The notes under the pieces are model-generated. The model saw only the letters and a list, made by a program, of their open reading frames with translations. It was not told the origin of the DNA and made no database searches. A DNA stretch of 64,000 nt from contig NW_026929843.1 of the NCBI RefSeq assembly GCF_032062105.1, positions 38,440 to 102,439 of the forward strand, read 5' to 3'. This DNA comes from Saccostrea cucullata (Eukaryota). Both the position numbers and the translations under genes were made by a program. This document shows, piece after piece, positions 11,609-23,343 of this stretch (the stretch's first letter is position 1; each line of letters begins with the position of its first letter).

Positions 11609-14600
11609 CACCGTATACAACGGGTAACGCGGGGGAGTCGCTTAAAAGTATGGGGGAGTCGTTTTCAACGTATGGGGGAGTAGATTTTCACCGCTTCGGA
11701 GTCAGAAGAGATGTGGGTCACGTCTTTTTTCGGTATTTATAAGATGTATTTACACAAAACAAACAGTCCACGGAAGGTAGCAATAGTTAAGCTTTGTCTT
11801 GGTCATTTATTCGTCAAGCATATACGTCTAGTTTTCTCAAACACTTTGAAACTATTCGACAGATTTCATATTTACGTTGATCGAGTGGTTAAAATGTGCA
11901 TGATTTGCACAATCTACGGCTTGTGTAGGGATTCCGACAGTTAAAACTGCAAAAACAAACGTTCATCTTTAATATGCAACAATTAAAAAGTGTCTAGACT
12001 TTATAGAAATTAATAATAAATACATTTTCTCTTCAGACTGTAATGGTAACGTAGGGGGGAGTCGTGTCTGAAAAAACACAAAGTATGGGGGAGTTGCAAA
12101 ATAAAGTCTAATGCAAAAACTGCCAATATATTTTTATTTATTCAAAGATATCTAGAAATCGATGTTTGGTTAATTCTTTTATAATTTGAAGTTTTGACAA
12201 GGGATTGTTTTCTGTGGCTTTATAGGTTCTAGAAAAAAAGCAGCAATATACATGTTCAATTAGATTATATATCTTCGGAGCACATATGCTAGGGAACAAG
12301 ACCCCCCCCCCCTCCTAATATGTATTTTTCTTACATCTCAAAAATTCAAAAAGAATACAAACCCTCACTTTCATCATTGACAGCCTCTCCATAAAGACGA
12401 CAACCAGATTTATGATATAGGAAATTTTGTAATATCAATCAGTATTTTCTTAGAAAAAGGGAAAGCTCTGGTGCGTCAGTCCCGCCCCTTGACTTTTTTT
12501 TGGGGGGGGGGGTTAAATTTTTATACATATGCTCTCAATTTGGTCCACATATAACATTCATAATCAAATCATTTATTTATCATTTAAAGTAACACATCGT
12601 CAGGCACCAACGAATTAGTACGCTAAATAAGAATATTTTGGATAATCTGGGGTTTATACACATATGTTAATATACATATTAACATCCTGAAGACGGGACT
12701 GCAATGCATATTTCCCCAAGCGCTGGAAATGTATGTCTACAATATGATAAATAAAGAGAGAAATGTAAAAATAATTAACTGCAAACTCTAAACAGATCAA
12801 ATACCAAAATATTTCTTCACTGTATACATTTAATTATTTGATACCCTCCCTTAACTTTTCGCAGGTACATGTATATACAGTTCCTCAGAATATGACCCCC
12901 CTCCTTTTTAGCACTTTTGTGAATACATACAATGACGTATTGTTACATACCAGTAGAGGAAAACAGTGTGTTCTTTAAAAAAATATTTCAATAAAGTAAG
13001 AATTTCACACTTTAAAAACTTGTAAATTTCTTGTAACTAATATTTTAAATCATTGAAATGCACACCCATTAACCATTTATCAAATTAAAGACACGTAAAT
13101 TGAAATAAAGAAATACATGTACTAGTATTCAAAAAGATGCCTCTCATTATATTTGTTTTGTGTTCCCTGATTATCCATGCGGCATTTAAACTGCAAGTTG
13201 ACATACGTGTACATGTATAATGAGCACAAGTACATGAAATGTTCTTTCGCAGGCACGAAATTTTTGAAAGGGGCGACCAGTACTATATTCATAGAAAGGG
13301 TTCCACAGGCAACATGCGTTTTGTCGGACCGATCGAAGAACCAAACTGTTTGCCCGAGGCTGTTAGGCCGAAGGCACATAGTTTTTGCGGGGTCGACAAA
13401 ACGCATTTTCGACCGAGAACACATTCGATAAATGATTTGTTATAACTTTTACTGTTTACTATGATATTACTATCATGAAATTTTGTTTGCCCGAACTGCA
13501 GTTTAAACTTGGTCATTTCCGTAAATTTCTGACAGCTGACCCCACCCACACTGCAGTGCAATATCTCATCGACAGGTCCAACATCTCGCTCCACAGTCAA
13601 GCAGTGATTTATCTGACCGCTCAGGAAAACAGTATAAAGAAAGACTATATTTTTTTAGCAATTTTTTTTTTACAACAACAATTTTTCAAAAGAATGACAA
13701 AAAAAGAAAGGAAAAAAAAAAGAATTATAAACAACTTACCTGAAATTTGTAACAAGCAAGAAAAATGGTTTGTAGAATGAGGTTACAATTTTATTTATAC
13801 ATTAGGAAATATAACTATTCTGCACCAAAACGTTGTCCAGAAGGTTCTTCATACTACGTGCCTGTTTCGTGAAATTTTTATTCCGGGTAAGGGCAAAGTC
13901 TGAAGCTCTAATGATATTAAGAGCTATAAAATATTTAAATATCATGTCCTCATTCCAAAATATATTCTTTAGAAGAATTTATTTATGTTATGTTTGAAGG
14001 AATGTGGCGAAGCTAAAGTCCCCTTTCCTAACCCCTACCCTCTTTTCAATATTTATAGTTTTTTCTTCGACATTAACTGCCTAACGGTACATGTATTTAA
14101 TTTAAAGTGCTGAAATTTTTGAAATATGCCACTGCTTATCCGTGCAGAAACTAAAACAATATATTTCCATTTCTAATTTTTTTTCTCTGCGATAACTCTT
14201 TGAAATTTGTCGGAGTTTATTCCTTGATAATTCTGCCGGAATGTTAATTAGGCAGGTCGATAGGTCAGGAGCTAAGGAGGCCTAAAATGCATGCAAATCT
14301 CGTGCGCATCTGTCTCTGTGTCTGACGCCAAGGAGGCAAAATGTGCATGCAAATCTCGTGCGGCTGCCTAGGTGTTTGACGTCATTGAATGAGGACTATT
14401 GAAATTGGCATGGAAGTCCTCATGTAATTTAAATATATATTAGTGTATTTTTTAAAGTGATAAATGGGATAATTTAAGCATAACGGGCTTCGCCCATTAT
14501 GCAAATTATTCCATGTTTCCCACTATTGTTGATGCCCTGGCATACTCTCCTAACTAGACAGTGATTCCTTAAGTACATGTAGTAAAGTATATGAAGTACT

Positions 14601-15260
14601 GGTATATGCATGCTCATGTACTTCACAATAGGGAAGTTTTACTTGTACATATTGCATATATTGAGCAATTTTTTTAATGCATGTTACATTTTACTAATAT
14701 TATTAAAAAAGTGTAAGGAAGCCTTTAGCAAACGAAAAGTTGAAAATTAAAATGATAGTAGTATTCAACTGTGCGACTCCCCCATGCGTTGTGTTTTTCC
14801 AGAAACGACTCCCCCCTACGTTACCATTACAGTCTGAAGAGAAAATGTATTTATTATTATTTCTATAAAGTCTAGACACTTTTTAATTGATGCATATTAA
14901 AGATAAACGTTTGCTTTTGCAGTTTTAACTGTCGGAATCCCTACACAAGCCGTAGATTGTGCAAATCATGCACATTTTAACCACTCGATCAACGTAAATA
15001 TGAAATCTGTCGAATAGTTTCAAAGTGTTTGAGAAAACTAGACGTATATGCTTGACGAATAAATGACCAAGACAAAGCTTAACTATTGCTACCTTCCGTG
15101 GGCTATTTCTTTTGTGTAAATACATTTAATAAATACCGAAAAAAGACGTGACCCACATCTCTTCTGACTCCGAAGCGGTGAAAATCTACTCCCCCATACG
15201 TTGAAAACGACTCCCCCATACTTTTAAGCGACTCCCCCGCGTTACCCGTTGTATACGGTG
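11609..15260. mobile_element. foldback-type element: about 490-bp inverted-repeat arms (11609-12097 and 14768-15260) around a 2.7-kb core
   Basis: Arms are reverse complements of each other at high identity ('caccgtatacaacgggtaacgcgggggagtcgc' ... 'gcgactcccccgcgttacccgttgtatacggtg'). ORFs 11711..11944 (+) and 14925..15125 (-) encode the same peptide because they lie in the arms. The core has poly-C/poly-G tracts and an internal hairpin (about 13297-13410). Confidence 0.55.
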
Positions 15261-16556
15261 ATATTGTTACGCAATACCATTGCGCTTTGAAAAACCACGC
15301 AGTTCGTCAGTTTGTAAGAGATAGGGGAATACCCCTTCCAATTTTGGAAAAATGGACTAGGGACTGAACATTAGGACTATTTTGCACTATCCTAATGCAA
15401 AAAATTAAAAGGTAAATGCTTTTCACTTTTGTAATTTATTTTAAGTCAATTAAAAATTCATCTTTGCAAAACTTTTCTTTTTTAGACCTTTTGGAGGATA
15501 CACTATTTTACTTCTTTTAAAACCCTGTACTTTTTGTAATTCTGGGTTCACGGTGGATGGGTTCAATCACCAGTGGCCAGATAACCCTGTACAATGTTTA
15601 GAAACACCAGAGATCTAACATTTAACACTCATGCTTAACAATAACAGTGAAACCTGCCGTGAAACCTGTCTGATGAGAGGCCTGCAGGGGAAGAGCCTGG
15701 GTTGGTGTCCAGTTAGTGTGCCTACACCTATTGAAGAAGGGGAGGGGGTATGGTGGTATGACAGATTTGATTTTGCCAAGTAGCCAGATGGCTTAGTTTA
15801 GAGCATTGTATGGACCTATTCGGGGGTAGGGGGCTTTTTCCCCAATTTCTCTCCCATAGGAGTCAATGCATGTTCATTGCAAATCAGAATCCTGGTTATA
15901 GCACCAGTAATATAGGAGCATAGCCTAAAATGTATTTACAGACCAGGATTAAACCTGAACCTAAACCTGGGCAAAATTGGAAATATCCTTACCAGTTATG
16001 TGTTACAATCAAAACAACAAAAGGTATTCTGCCTAATGGTGATCAAACATCTTACTGGAAACACAGATTTAATTTGTGTCCAAATCCAGATGAGCTGTTT
16101 TCAATTATACATGAATGTATGACCAAAAATCAACTATATTTCAACCCAAAATATGTGGCTTTAACAATAATACAAGATTTACTTATAATTTTAAGAATGA
16201 AAGCATTATAACTGACAAAGAATTTTTTTCTAGGAGATGTAGCTAGCATCAGTACATACAGGAGCATAGCCTCACTATTTACAACTCATAACTAATTGTT
16301 TAACTGACTGTTACAAGTGGAAAGAACTTGGAAACAATCAAATGAGACTAAAAATAGAGGTTGCATAAATTGCAAACAGATTGTTCAAGTGTCAGATAAG
16401 ACCATTTTCACCATGTTCACTATAGTTGTATACTGTGGAAATGATAAAAAAAAAATTCAAAATAAATTGAATCTTTGAAAACTTGAAAAACTAAAAATAT
16501 GACCTTTAATATTTGTCTTTATTACAATTGAGGTAGGCGTGTTTAAACAAATCGTC

Positions 16557-16682
16557 ATGACAACAGAGGGCGTGTTTGCTGGTTGTCAGGTTGTCCTTGA
16601 CCTCAGCACCAGCGTCGGTTTCAAGAAGAAACAGGAAGTCAGAAAAACCATAACAAACAATGGTGGAATTATTTCCTACATT
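16557..16682 (+). CDS. PARP4: PARP4-like exon 1 (start codon; BRCT N-terminal half)
   Basis: ATG at 16557. 'MTTEGVFAGCQVVLDLSTSVGFKKKQEVRKTITNNGGIISYI' parallels human PARP4 'MVMGIFANCIFCLKVKYLPQQQKKKLQTDIKENGGKFSFSL'. Donor gtataa at 16683 (an in-frame stop follows if read through). Confidence 0.6.
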
Positions 16683-17193
16683 GTATAACAAAGAAGGTAT
16701 GCATATCAAATTAATACTAAAAAGAGGGTTATAAATTTTGCAAGTGTCCATGTTATTTTCACCCTTTTATCATGTTTATATTTGCTAACAATTTTGCCCC
16801 ATTTGAAATTCCCAGTCACAGTTCAGTTTAAGAATTTTTTCTGTACTCTTTGAATACACTCCATTTAAATTTGCTCACTAGTGACAAGGGTGAAAGGGGC
16901 ATAAAAAAGGGGCACAAAAATTTCCCTGTATACAGTTTATAGTAATTTTCTGCATGAATAAAGTGTCTAGTTTTGTAAAAGTGTTGAAGTGTACAAAACT
17001 GATGATTTAAATTGTCCATAATGTAGCAGAAAGGTTTTAAAGTTTTTTTAATCCCCAGAAAGAAACTATGCATGTTTTTGCATTTGGAATAGGGGATTTT
17101 AAGGGGCCCAAGTTTATAGGACAGCTGAGAATCTTGCTTAATGAAAGGCATTTTCTAAGATTTATGCATTCAGAATACTGACTTTTCTTACAG

Positions 17194-17392
17194 AGTACTC
17201 ATGTTGTGCTCAACGATCCAGAGAAAGCTGACGTCAGCTACAAATGTAAAATGGCCGAGAAATTCCGAATCCCAGTGGTGAGCCTCGATTTTATATTTGA
17301 CTGTGTTGACCAAGGGAAGCAACTCAACACTGATGATTATCTCCTTGTGGGGAAAACAAAGGCTCAGGAATTCAGCAGCGGCAAAATAATGG
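17194..17392 (+). CDS. PARP4: PARP4-like exon 2 (BRCT C-terminal half)
   Basis: Acceptor cttacag, donor gtaagg. 'STHVVLNDPEKADVSYKCKMAEKFRIPVVSLDFIFDCVDQGKQL' matches human 'CTHIILDNADVLSQYQLNSIQKNHVHIANPDFIWKSI'. Confidence 0.75.
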
Positions 17393-17793
17393 GTAAGGAC
17401 AAATAAAAAATGAAAATAGAAACTCAACAGCTGTTTTTGACTTTCTGCAGTACAGGAAGGAAGGTTGGTTGGTCATTGTTTTTTTTTTACATCCTTATTA
17501 AATTCTGGGTTGTTAATTAGTTGTTAAAACTGCAGGTTTAGATCTGTATTTGGCTTTACAAGGAAGGAATTGGTAATGGCTAAAATAAATTTCCATGTCA
17601 GGTTCTTTTTTGTACAATTCTAAACATGAAAAAAGAGAACAGATAATTTTAGAAAGATCAGTTTTGATATTTTGATTGATGGTTGATTAAATTTTTATTG
17701 CAAATTAATAACAATAAAAACAACATTTTAATATTAAATAAACTCTTTGAATTCATCAAATGATAACACTATTATTTTTTTCTTTTTGAAAAG

Positions 17794-17942
17794 CTGGAAA
17801 ATCAGGACCTAAACCTGAGGGGAAAAAGAAGAAAATGGTGTCTAGTTTTAACCCCAAGTCTGTGAAAGTTTGGCAGGAGGGGGATAAAAACATGCCCCAG
17901 TATGACAATGGGAGTGATCTGGCCAAATTCGCCATGCTTCAG
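17794..17942 (+). CDS. PARP4: PARP4-like exon 3 (linker, lysine-rich)
   Basis: Acceptor ttgaaaag, donor gtcagt. Phase 1 in, 0 out. 'AGKSGPKPEGKKKKMVSSFNPKSVKVWQEGDKNMPQYDNGSDLAKFAMLQ'. Confidence 0.6.
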
Positions 17943-18183
17943 GTCAGTTATAAACTGAAGATGCTCTAGGAATTCAAAATTATCATAAGTGATTATCTTA
18001 TGTTACATTTACCAAGTTTTTAGGAATTACTCATCTGCATAATTTTCTGTAGTAGGGAAAATAGGTCTTGGTATATTTTTTCGATGATGTTGAATTGAAA
18101 TACCAGTATATTTATTTTTAGACAAATCAATCTAATTTATGAATAATTAAGGTTCCTAAGAGATATTTCTATGTATTTTACAG

Positions 18184-18324
18184 AAATATGACAAGAAGAC
18201 ACAAATAACCCAGTTCTGTGTGCTGGAGATTCATGTATCAAAAAGAGTTATTCCCCTTGACAACAAGGAACAGTCTCCTAGGTTTTGTATCTGTTCTCAC
18301 CAGGGCAGTGTGCAGGAAGTACAG
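18184..18324 (+). CDS. PARP4: PARP4-like exon 4
   Basis: Acceptor ttttacag, donor gtgtgt. Phase 0. 'KYDKKTQITQFCVLEIHVSKRVIPLDNKEQSPRFCICSHQGSVQEVQ'. Confidence 0.55.
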
Positions 18325-18722
18325 GTGTGTAGTACCAACATATGAAACAAATATAGGATTGTCAGTGGTTTATTGTTCGATATAATTTTTATCCAATGAG
18401 TTCTGTGTTTTCTTTTTATTCACAAGCCTTAAACATGTTAAGGTGCATAAAGATTCCTTTTATCACATGCTTTAAAACATAGGCACATAGCTATTAAAAG
18501 TTTTATGAATCTTTTTTATTTTTTCTAAATTTCATAAGAAACCCTTTTGGGACGTTCACATCTCGAAAAAGAAATGTCATGTGTAACTGAAATTTAATGT
18601 ATAAAAGGAGTAAACATGATAATTGAGCTTAATAAATGTACTTAAGCTTCTAACATTTTAATACATTTTGAATTTTGGAGACCGGGATACAATCACAGAT
18701 TATTTTTTGCTTAATTTTCCAG

Positions 18723-18887
18723 GACAAGCCAGGTAGTGGCACTAGAGAGTTCCGATTTGTACAGACGTCAGAGGAAGCCCTGAGTGTGTTTAGCGCCCTC
18801 TATAAACAGATGACAGAGTCCCCAAATAGCATGACTGTCTGTCGGAAACCCCCATGTCAGCATATCGGATCAAAGAAATTTCAAAAG
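18723..18887 (+). CDS. PARP4: PARP4-like exon 5
   Basis: Acceptor aattttccag, donor gtatat. Phase 0. 'DKPGSGTREFRFVQTSEEALSVFSALYKQMTESPNSMTVCRKPPCQHIGSKKFQK'. Confidence 0.55.
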
Positions 18888-19164
18888 GTATATCATTCTT
18901 CAGAATGATATAGAGATGGACTAGAGCCATTGATACTGTATGCAATGTATCTTTTAACTTTATATATCCTACTGGAAATCATATAATCATACCGTGTTTC
19001 AAAATTATGAAATACAGTTGACTTTATATGTAGCTGTGAATATATCAATCAAGTAATTTTTACTTTCAGAATATTTTTATTCAGAGTGCAATTATGGTAC
19101 AGAGTTTAAAAATATGATGTGATAAATTGAATCTTTGAATTAATATTTTTCTTATAACATTCAG

Positions 19165-19302
19165 ATGATGGTTGAGTATGGTATGGAGGATACAGAGTTA
19201 TCTACCCCTGTGAAGGAGCTGATGCATCACATCTGGCAGGAAGCCGGGGGCGAGATAGAGGAAATCCTTAGTAGTCCACTACAATCACTAAAACTAGACC
19301 AG
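19165..19302 (+). CDS. PARP4: PARP4-like exon 6 (PARP regulatory region)
   Basis: Acceptor aacattcag, donor gtcagt. Phase 0. 'MMVEYGMEDTELSTPVKELMHHIWQEAGGEIEEILSSPLQSLKLDQ'. The 3' end of this exon seeds the downstream minisatellite. Confidence 0.6.
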
Positions 19303-19870
19303 GTCAGTAGGTCAAGGTCATAACAGACCAGGTCAGTAGGTCAATACAGTCACTGAAACTAGACCAGGTCAGAAGTTCAAGGTCATAACAGACCAGGTCA
19401 GTAGGTCAATACAGTCACTGAAACTAGACCAGGTCAGTAGGTCACTACAGTCACTGAAACTAGACCAGGTCAGTAGGTCACTACAATCACTGAAACTAGA
19501 CCAGGTCAGTAGGTCACTACAATCACTGTCAGTAGGTCACTACAATCACTGAAACTAGACCAGGTCAGTAGGTCACTACAATCACTGAAACTAGACCAGG
19601 TCAGTAGGTCACTACAATCACTGAAACTAGACCAGGTCAGTAGGTCACTACAATCACTGAAACTAGACCAGGTCAGTAGGTCAAGGTCAATCAACTCACT
19701 GAAACTAGACCAGGTCAGTAGGTCACTACAGTCACTGAAACTAGACCAGGTCAGTAGGTCACTACAGTCACTGAAACTAGACCAGGTCAGTAGGTCACTA
19801 CAGTCACTGAAACTAGACCAGGTCAGTAGGCTACTTCAATCACTGAAACTGGACCAGGTCAGTAGGTCAA
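19285..19870. repeat. 36-bp minisatellite ('cactgaaactagaccaggtcagtaggtcactacaat'), derived from the exon 6/intron junction
   Basis: The array starts inside the exon 6 3' end ('ccactacaatcactaaaactagaccag|gtcagtagg'). Each unit repeats the 'accag|gtcagt' donor context. It continues at 20670-20840 beyond the MITE. Confidence 0.85.
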
Positions 19871-19877
19871 GGTCATT

Positions 19878-20669
19878 ACTAGGGGTGGATATCGCCAGAA
19901 AAACTATATTGCGATATATTGCAATATTTGATGGCATATTGCGATGAATATTGCAATATATTGCTTTGCTGTCCATTTCATGTAAAGTTTGAAGTGAACC
20001 GAAAAATAGTGTATCTATAAACTTAAAATACCATATCTGATCATTTCACGTCAGATAATGTTTGCTGTTCACTGTTTATTTAGTTCCCTGTCAAAGTGTC
20101 TTAGTTATTTGTGTAAGAAATCGACATATTTTTCGAGTAAAATTAAGACAGTCGACATGTTCTCCTTTTCTTAAAAAAATAACTTCGTAAAAATTCAGAA
20201 ACTGTTGTTTTATGTCATATCTCAACTTTTCTTTTCTTTTTTTTTTAAACGTGGTATGTGTCCTCAGACATAGGAATCAGAATATTTAAGCATCACAAAC
20301 CTACACTGGCTAAACATCGTTTATAACATTTTTTTCGTCCGCCATTTTGATCAAGAAAAGTACGAAACCAGAGTATAAGTTTTCTGGAAAAAATTAAGTG
20401 TTGTTGAATTGAATCTTCAACATAATCCTTGTGATGATTGTAATAATTAATCCTTTTAATTCCATGCTTACCTTTTACACACTGTTGCAATGTCTATTTA
20501 CTAACAAAAACAAACTTTACAACTGCAAATACACCATATTTAGCATTTGTGTAATACTTCCGGTTTGCATATCGTCAATACCGGTATTGAAAAAATATAT
20601 TGCAATATATTATCGTTGGGTTTAATATTGCAATATACCGATATATCGATAATATTGCACACCCCTAGT
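19878..20669. mobile_element. MITE/non-autonomous DNA transposon with TIRs '(t)actaggggtg ... cacccctagt', inserted into the minisatellite
   Basis: Terminal inverted repeats at both ends. The interior is full of 'atattgcaata' palindromic motifs. Flanking 'tcatta' on both sides is a candidate target-site duplication. The minisatellite resumes right after it. Confidence 0.7.
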
Positions 20670-20840
20670 CATTACAGACCAGGTCATTGGGTCACTACAG
20701 TCACGGATACAATACCAGGTCAGTATGTCAAGGTCATTAGAGACCAGATCAGTAGGTTAGTTATGTCACTGAAACTGAACAAGGTCAATGTAATTACAGA
20801 TCAGGTAAGTAGGTCACTACAGTCACTGAAACAGATCTTT
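20670..20840. repeat. continuation of the 36-bp minisatellite downstream of the MITE insertion
   Basis: Degenerate units 'gaccaggtcattgggtcactacagtcac...'. Confidence 0.7.
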
Positions 20841-21083
20841 ATGTGAGGTCACTATAAATATATCATTAGCTTCATATAGTTAGTGAAATTGTGACAATAG
20901 ATTCATTTGTTATTTAAAAGTCTGTAGTTGAGCAACAACTAGTCAAATTTCATATGTAAAAGCAGCAGATTATCATCATTAATTTAATCTGTCATCCATA
21001 TTTCTAACTTGACAATGCAAGATTAACTTTTCTAGAAAACTCCTCAAACCATTTAAATGCTAGATTAATCACTTCCATTTTAG

Positions 21084-21251
21084 GTTGAGAAGGCGACGGC
21101 CATTTTGTCTGAGATGAAGGAGAACCAATCAGATGAGAGTAAGCTACAGAGTCTGTTTACCGAGTTCTACTCCACGCTCCCCCACAATCCCCAGCACAAG
21201 ACCACGACCTTCACCTTGTCATGGCTGGCCAGGAAACTGGACCTTTGTCAG
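21084..21251 (+). CDS. PARP4: PARP4-like exon 7 (PARP regulatory/helical region)
   Basis: Acceptor ccattttag, donor gtacaa. Phase 0. 'VEKATAILSEMKENQSDESKLQSLFTEFYSTLPHNPQHKTTTFTLSWLARKLDLCQ'. Confidence 0.6.
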
Positions 21252-21597
21252 GTACAATGTGTTATTGAATTAGTTGCATGTCCTTGATATGGAATTTCTT
21301 TGTGCTAGGAGACTAGGATCTGTATTCTGACATGGAAATCAACAATGCTTTATTTACATGACTGTACTACATGTACTATGTAAGAAAAAGACAATCATTT
21401 ATGCATTACTTGAAGTGTCTTTGACTGATAAAAAAAAAATTGTTAAAAAAATTAATTTTCATAATGTTCAATGTACATGTCGATTTTCTTGAAGCCGACA
21501 CATGTTATGTAAGAACAGTACCTGAAAATGTCTATTAAAATAACAGGCTAATATTATATTGAGACAGTCTTGAGATGATGTGGTTTTTGTGTTGTAG

Positions 21598-21746
21598 CTG
21601 ATTAAGGACGTGGTGTCCGTGAGTGAAGCTACAGACTGGTCTACAAGGGGGAACACGGAGGCCCAGTACAAAGCCCTCAGATGTCAGATATCTCACGTTC
21701 CCGGGGGTCTACCAACACCAGTCAAAAACGTTCTCAATCTTAAGGA
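21598..21746 (+). CDS. PARP4: PARP4-like exon 8
   Basis: Acceptor gtgttgtag, donor gtaagt. Phase 0 in, 2 out. 'LIKDVVSVSEATDWSTRGNTEAQYKALRCQISHVPGGLPTPVKNVLNLK'. Its 3' part is the source of the 31-bp minisatellite immediately downstream. Confidence 0.6.
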
Positions 21747-21747
21747 G

Positions 21748-22178
21748 TAAGTACAAACCTGTATAGTAGTCAGATATCACAAGTACAAAACCCTCATATG
21801 TCAGATATCACAAGTACAAAATCCTCAGATGTCAGATATCACAAGTACAAAACCCTCAGATGTCAGATATCACAAGTACAAAACCCTCAGATGTCAGATA
21901 TCACAAGTACAAAACCCTCAGATGTCAGATATCACAAGTACAAAACCCTCAGATGTCAGATATCACAAGTACAAAACCCTCAGATGTCAGATATCACAAG
22001 TACAAAACCCTTAGATGTCAGATATCACAAGTACAAAACCCTCAGATGTCAGATATCACAATTACAAAACCCTCAGATGTCATATCACAAGTACAAAACC
22101 CTTAGATGTCAGATAACACACACATCCCTGGGGGTCTTCCAACACTGGTCAAAAACATCCTCAATCAAAGTAGTATAA
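21748..22178. repeat. 31-bp minisatellite ('cagatatcacaagtacaaaaccctcagatgt', about 12 units) derived from exon 8, ending with a duplicated pseudo-exon fragment (22100-22178)
   Basis: The unit resembles exon 8 'aaagccctcagatgtcagatatctcac'. After the array, 'cagataacacacacatccctgggggtcttccaacactggtcaaaaacatcctcaatcaaag' copies the exon 8 3' end 'cagatatctcacgttcccgggggtctaccaacaccagtcaaaaacgttctcaatcttaag'. Confidence 0.8.
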
Positions 22179-22485
22179 GTATGTTCAAACTTGTAATTAT
22201 AGTAGTCAGACAAGATAATCTCTTGAGTCTGTTAGTGTTAAAGACAGTCAAAGATTATCATATTAAAAATTAATATTAGAGTAAAGTGGTGGGAAGTGGT
22301 AAAATCTCATAATTGGTGATTAGTTTCTTGTAACATTATTGCTTATCTTACTGGGTAAGTGTGGATTCTGAAAGGCCTGAATGTTGAGTTAAAGCCAAAA
22401 TGTTATCCAACCTAGATGGCAGCTAATTTATTGTAAATGTCACAGCTTCATATTTTGTGTACCTATTGCTTACTGTTTGTTTCAG

Positions 22486-22620
22486 TGAAGATAAGTTAAA
22501 TGTACAGAATGTTTATGCCGTTCATCGTCCTGGTGAGAGTGAGGTGTTCCGGGCAGACTTAAATTCTAGACTTCTCTTTCATGCATCCAATGTGGAAAAC
22601 TTTGTAGGAATTCTCTCCAG
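22486..22620 (+). CDS. PARP4: PARP4-like exon 9 (start of PARP catalytic domain)
   Basis: Acceptor ttgtttcag, donor gtaatg. 'DEDKLNVQNVYAVHRPGESEVFRADLNSRLLFHASNVENFVGILS' shows the PARP pattern (cf. PARP1 'LLWHGSRTTNFAGILSQGL'). Confidence 0.8.
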
Positions 22621-22830
22621 GTAATGAATGCTAGACATTACCTTTGATGCCAGTTGAAGCATATTCATTTATGTAATGTTCATGTGTAACAGCATTGAAA
22701 ACTAGATATGGGATAAAGTGAGCTTGCCTGCTATTGATAAATTTATTCTTGACTAGATCATTTTTTGCTTTATTAACAATTTAAACTTACAAGCACCCAG
22801 TATTGACTCTCTTGATTGGATATTTATCAG

Positions 22831-22929
22831 AGGTCTCCTGATGCCAAAGGTCGTCGTCGATGACTACGGAGGGAAGAGAACAGACCCGGGAATGCTGGGA
22901 AATGGAATCTATTTCGCCAGTTCTGCTAG
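22831..22929 (+). CDS. PARP4: PARP4-like exon 10 (PARP catalytic core)
   Basis: Acceptor tatttatcag, donor gtttgt. 'RGLLMPKVVVDDYGGKRTDPGMLGNGIYFASSA' matches the PARP 'GKGIYFA' nicotinamide-pocket motif. Confidence 0.85.
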
Positions 22930-23343
22930 GTTTGTTTATAGTAATGACAATGTAAGATTTATTTAAAAACAGAAAATTTTACTTGAAGTGATGTATTTCA
23001 ATCAAATGCCAGTGTCAGGATGTATATAAAATATTTCGAACAATCTCATATTGCAAATTTATTATATTTAATGAATGATAAGTACTGTACCCACACTATT
23101 GCTTTGGACAACCACAAAATCAAGAAATAAGGGAGGATAAAGGGAATTCTAAAATATTCTTACATTCATTTGAAAGTTATTAAATCATTATTTTCTTCTC
23201 ATGTTTAAAGGATAGTTAGCTTAATTGCCATCCAGTCTTTTGAAAGATGAACTTTAATTGTCACAGTAGGAATATAGAACATAAATAATTAATGTCTTAA
23301 TTAAAAAGCAAATTCATGATTTATGTTTTCATTCTTTGTCCAG

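Noticed and set aside
13122-13780. Cluster of 68-103-aa ORFs on both strands in the foldback core
   Set aside because: They are mutually overlapping in different frames and strands with no domain signal. Most likely non-coding.
11711-15125. Identical 66/77-aa ORFs at 11711..11944 (+) and 14925..15125 (-)
   Set aside because: They lie in the two inverted arms of the foldback element, so identity is a consequence of the repeat. No domain recognised.
15930-16211. 93-aa plus-strand ORF in a segment bounded by short 'ggagcatagcct' direct repeats
   Set aside because: No recognisable domain or splice context. It could be an element remnant. Evidence is insufficient to call a gene.
19506-19694. Minus-strand ORF 'DLLTWSSFSDCS' repeat peptide
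   Set aside because: Translation of the 36-bp minisatellite.
19285-22100. Regularly spaced direct repeats that could superficially resemble a CRISPR array
   Set aside because: This is a eukaryotic intron. The units are contiguous with no unique spacers, and there are no cas genes. These are minisatellites.
21798-22178. Three nested plus-strand ORFs (MSDITSTKPSDVRYHKYKTLRCQISQVQNPQ...)
   Set aside because: Translation of the 31-bp exon-derived minisatellite. Only the terminal pseudo-exon copy is biologically meaningful, and it lacks splice context.
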